Shown piece after piece: positions 24,601 through 24,820 of a stretch of DNA of 24,820 bases (positions within the stretch are counted from its first letter, which is position 1; the number at the start of each line of letters is the position of its first letter). The position numbers and the translations under genes were made by a program. This DNA comes from a virus (lineage: Duplodnaviria; Caudoviricetes). Below the pieces are notes generated by a model that had not been told where the DNA came from, ran no database searches, and saw only the letters and a program-made list of their open reading frames with translations. The stretch covers positions 1 through 24,820 of the IMG/VR virus record IMGVR_UViG_3300044724_003389; one strand, given 5' to 3'.

Positions 24601-24820
24601 GAACTACAAATATGGGAAAATAGTTCAAGCACAAAACTTGTAGCGGTTGGTCCTGATGGTGGTTTAGAGCTACCCAATAATGTACCATCCACCACAACCA
24701 ATAAATTGTATAATAATGCTGGGACATTGACATTCAATGGTTCCGCACTTGGCGGTGGTGGGATTTCAAATATAGTAGAAGATACTACCCCTCAACTTGG
24801 TGGAACATTAGACGCTAATG
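21637..24820 (+). CDS. Large tail fibre protein, 3'-truncated (at least 1061 aa); absent from the ORF track
   Basis: ATG 21637 after GAGGA/AGGA. I translated frame 1 to the window end without a stop (MRSITLQTSDNQIVSGDVIG...). Contains the classic fibre motif KANIASPTFTGTPAAPTA..TNTTQLATTAFV....LVDSAPTTLDTLNELAAALGDDANF (22600-22824) and IG..AG repeats. Confidence 0.9.
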   Translation, partial: MRSITLQTSDNQIVSGDVIGLVNFAASAESDGGAAILIAGSIYSQGEGSFQSSYNPASLVFATSANDSLAASGKIKINHDGHILPMQDGFYSLGDPNFNFKHLYVDGITISGEYTLPTSDGSANQVLQTDGNGSLSFATVSTGSTYTAGSGLILDGTEFNVYGGSGNFQYLEVNTSNNVIPKIEFTGSGVTDTPINLEVASSFESATGSGSALLFQGTQGQLFSITDNLSSGTIFSVSDITGLPMLEIDASGHVQIGEFADDITLHQAVLLSGGVPSSTTNKLYNNAGTLYWNGSTLTYDDAAISGYFESRVDTNETNIALKANIASPTFTGTPAAPTASAGTNTTQLATTAFVSTAVANLVDSAPTTLDTLNELAAALGDDANFSTTVTNSIATKLANVVEDTTPQLGGTLDANGNSIDMGTNTITDTKVGQWDTAYGWGDHASAGYLTSETSHADVVVDGDFGSQGLMKRGVSAGSYSIITDNSSNWNTAYGWGDHASAGYLTAHPTISAASSSDNSGRTYIQDITLDSNGHVTGLTTATETVTDTTYTAGSGLTLVGTEFNVYGGSGQFREILFDDNFPIAIKSEGNSISSHGPDIHMGYAVAEGYTPSTSSTQDGNVIIGNNAASGASVSNRQVVIGYNTARQTVGGFGGIHIGAEAGHSMRTAQSQMIGIGYASLGSTSGCSNVYAIGNNAGALGTSITVCNFMGQNAGYAATGLSNSNAFGYFAANSHRGGQHNQYLGYYAGIQASGSYNIGIGSLALAASTGNYNIELVTNGGSPNVIGTNDNKLHIENTIIGDTSSKLLAIGNVGSADLTPDATLEIKPNAATDVGLIVQGATSQSADFVQFQTSSETVTSKIDSAGRLLFDIDTITTTPSTKGVGAYAKGVAVFDDNDGSMMAYFLRDGTDNYTRFNSNDVRLFAASASTNGVHLKSANTSFGTPTDGLAIYDNDGTTLGELKCDFVNVDINSASANGQKITAAASQTAELQIWENSSSTKLVAVGPDGGLELPNNVPSTTTNKLYNNAGTLTFNGSALGGGGISNIVEDTTPQLGGTLDAN

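Noticed and set aside
22202-24733. Short ORFs listed in the track for the last 3 kb
   Set aside because: All overlap the long frame-1 fibre gene starting at 21637, which was probably missed because it has no stop inside the window.

Overview
This window is the virion morphogenesis region of a tailed dsDNA phage (Caudoviricetes-like). All credible genes are on the + strand and use the standard code, most with Shine-Dalgarno (SD) sites. Gene order: ClpP-like protease (5'-truncated), large terminase, portal, prohead protease with nested scaffold, head decoration protein, major capsid protein, terminator, then about 17 kb of virion and fibre genes. The last fibre gene (21637 to beyond 24820) is missing from the ORF track. 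The standout is a gene pair inside the fibre block. One is a 701-aa mucin-like protein with poly-Thr tracts between Cys-rich modules (about 75 Cys). Directly after it is a glycosyltransferase with the DxH, GGE and HxF motif layout of polypeptide GalNAc-transferases. Neighbouring virion proteins are strongly enriched in Ser-Gly. Together these suggest a phage-encoded virion O-glycosylation system, which is inference from manual motif reading and has not been tested by any search. A TTTGTGTATA motif in four intergenic gaps looks like a phage late promoter. All counts were done by hand.
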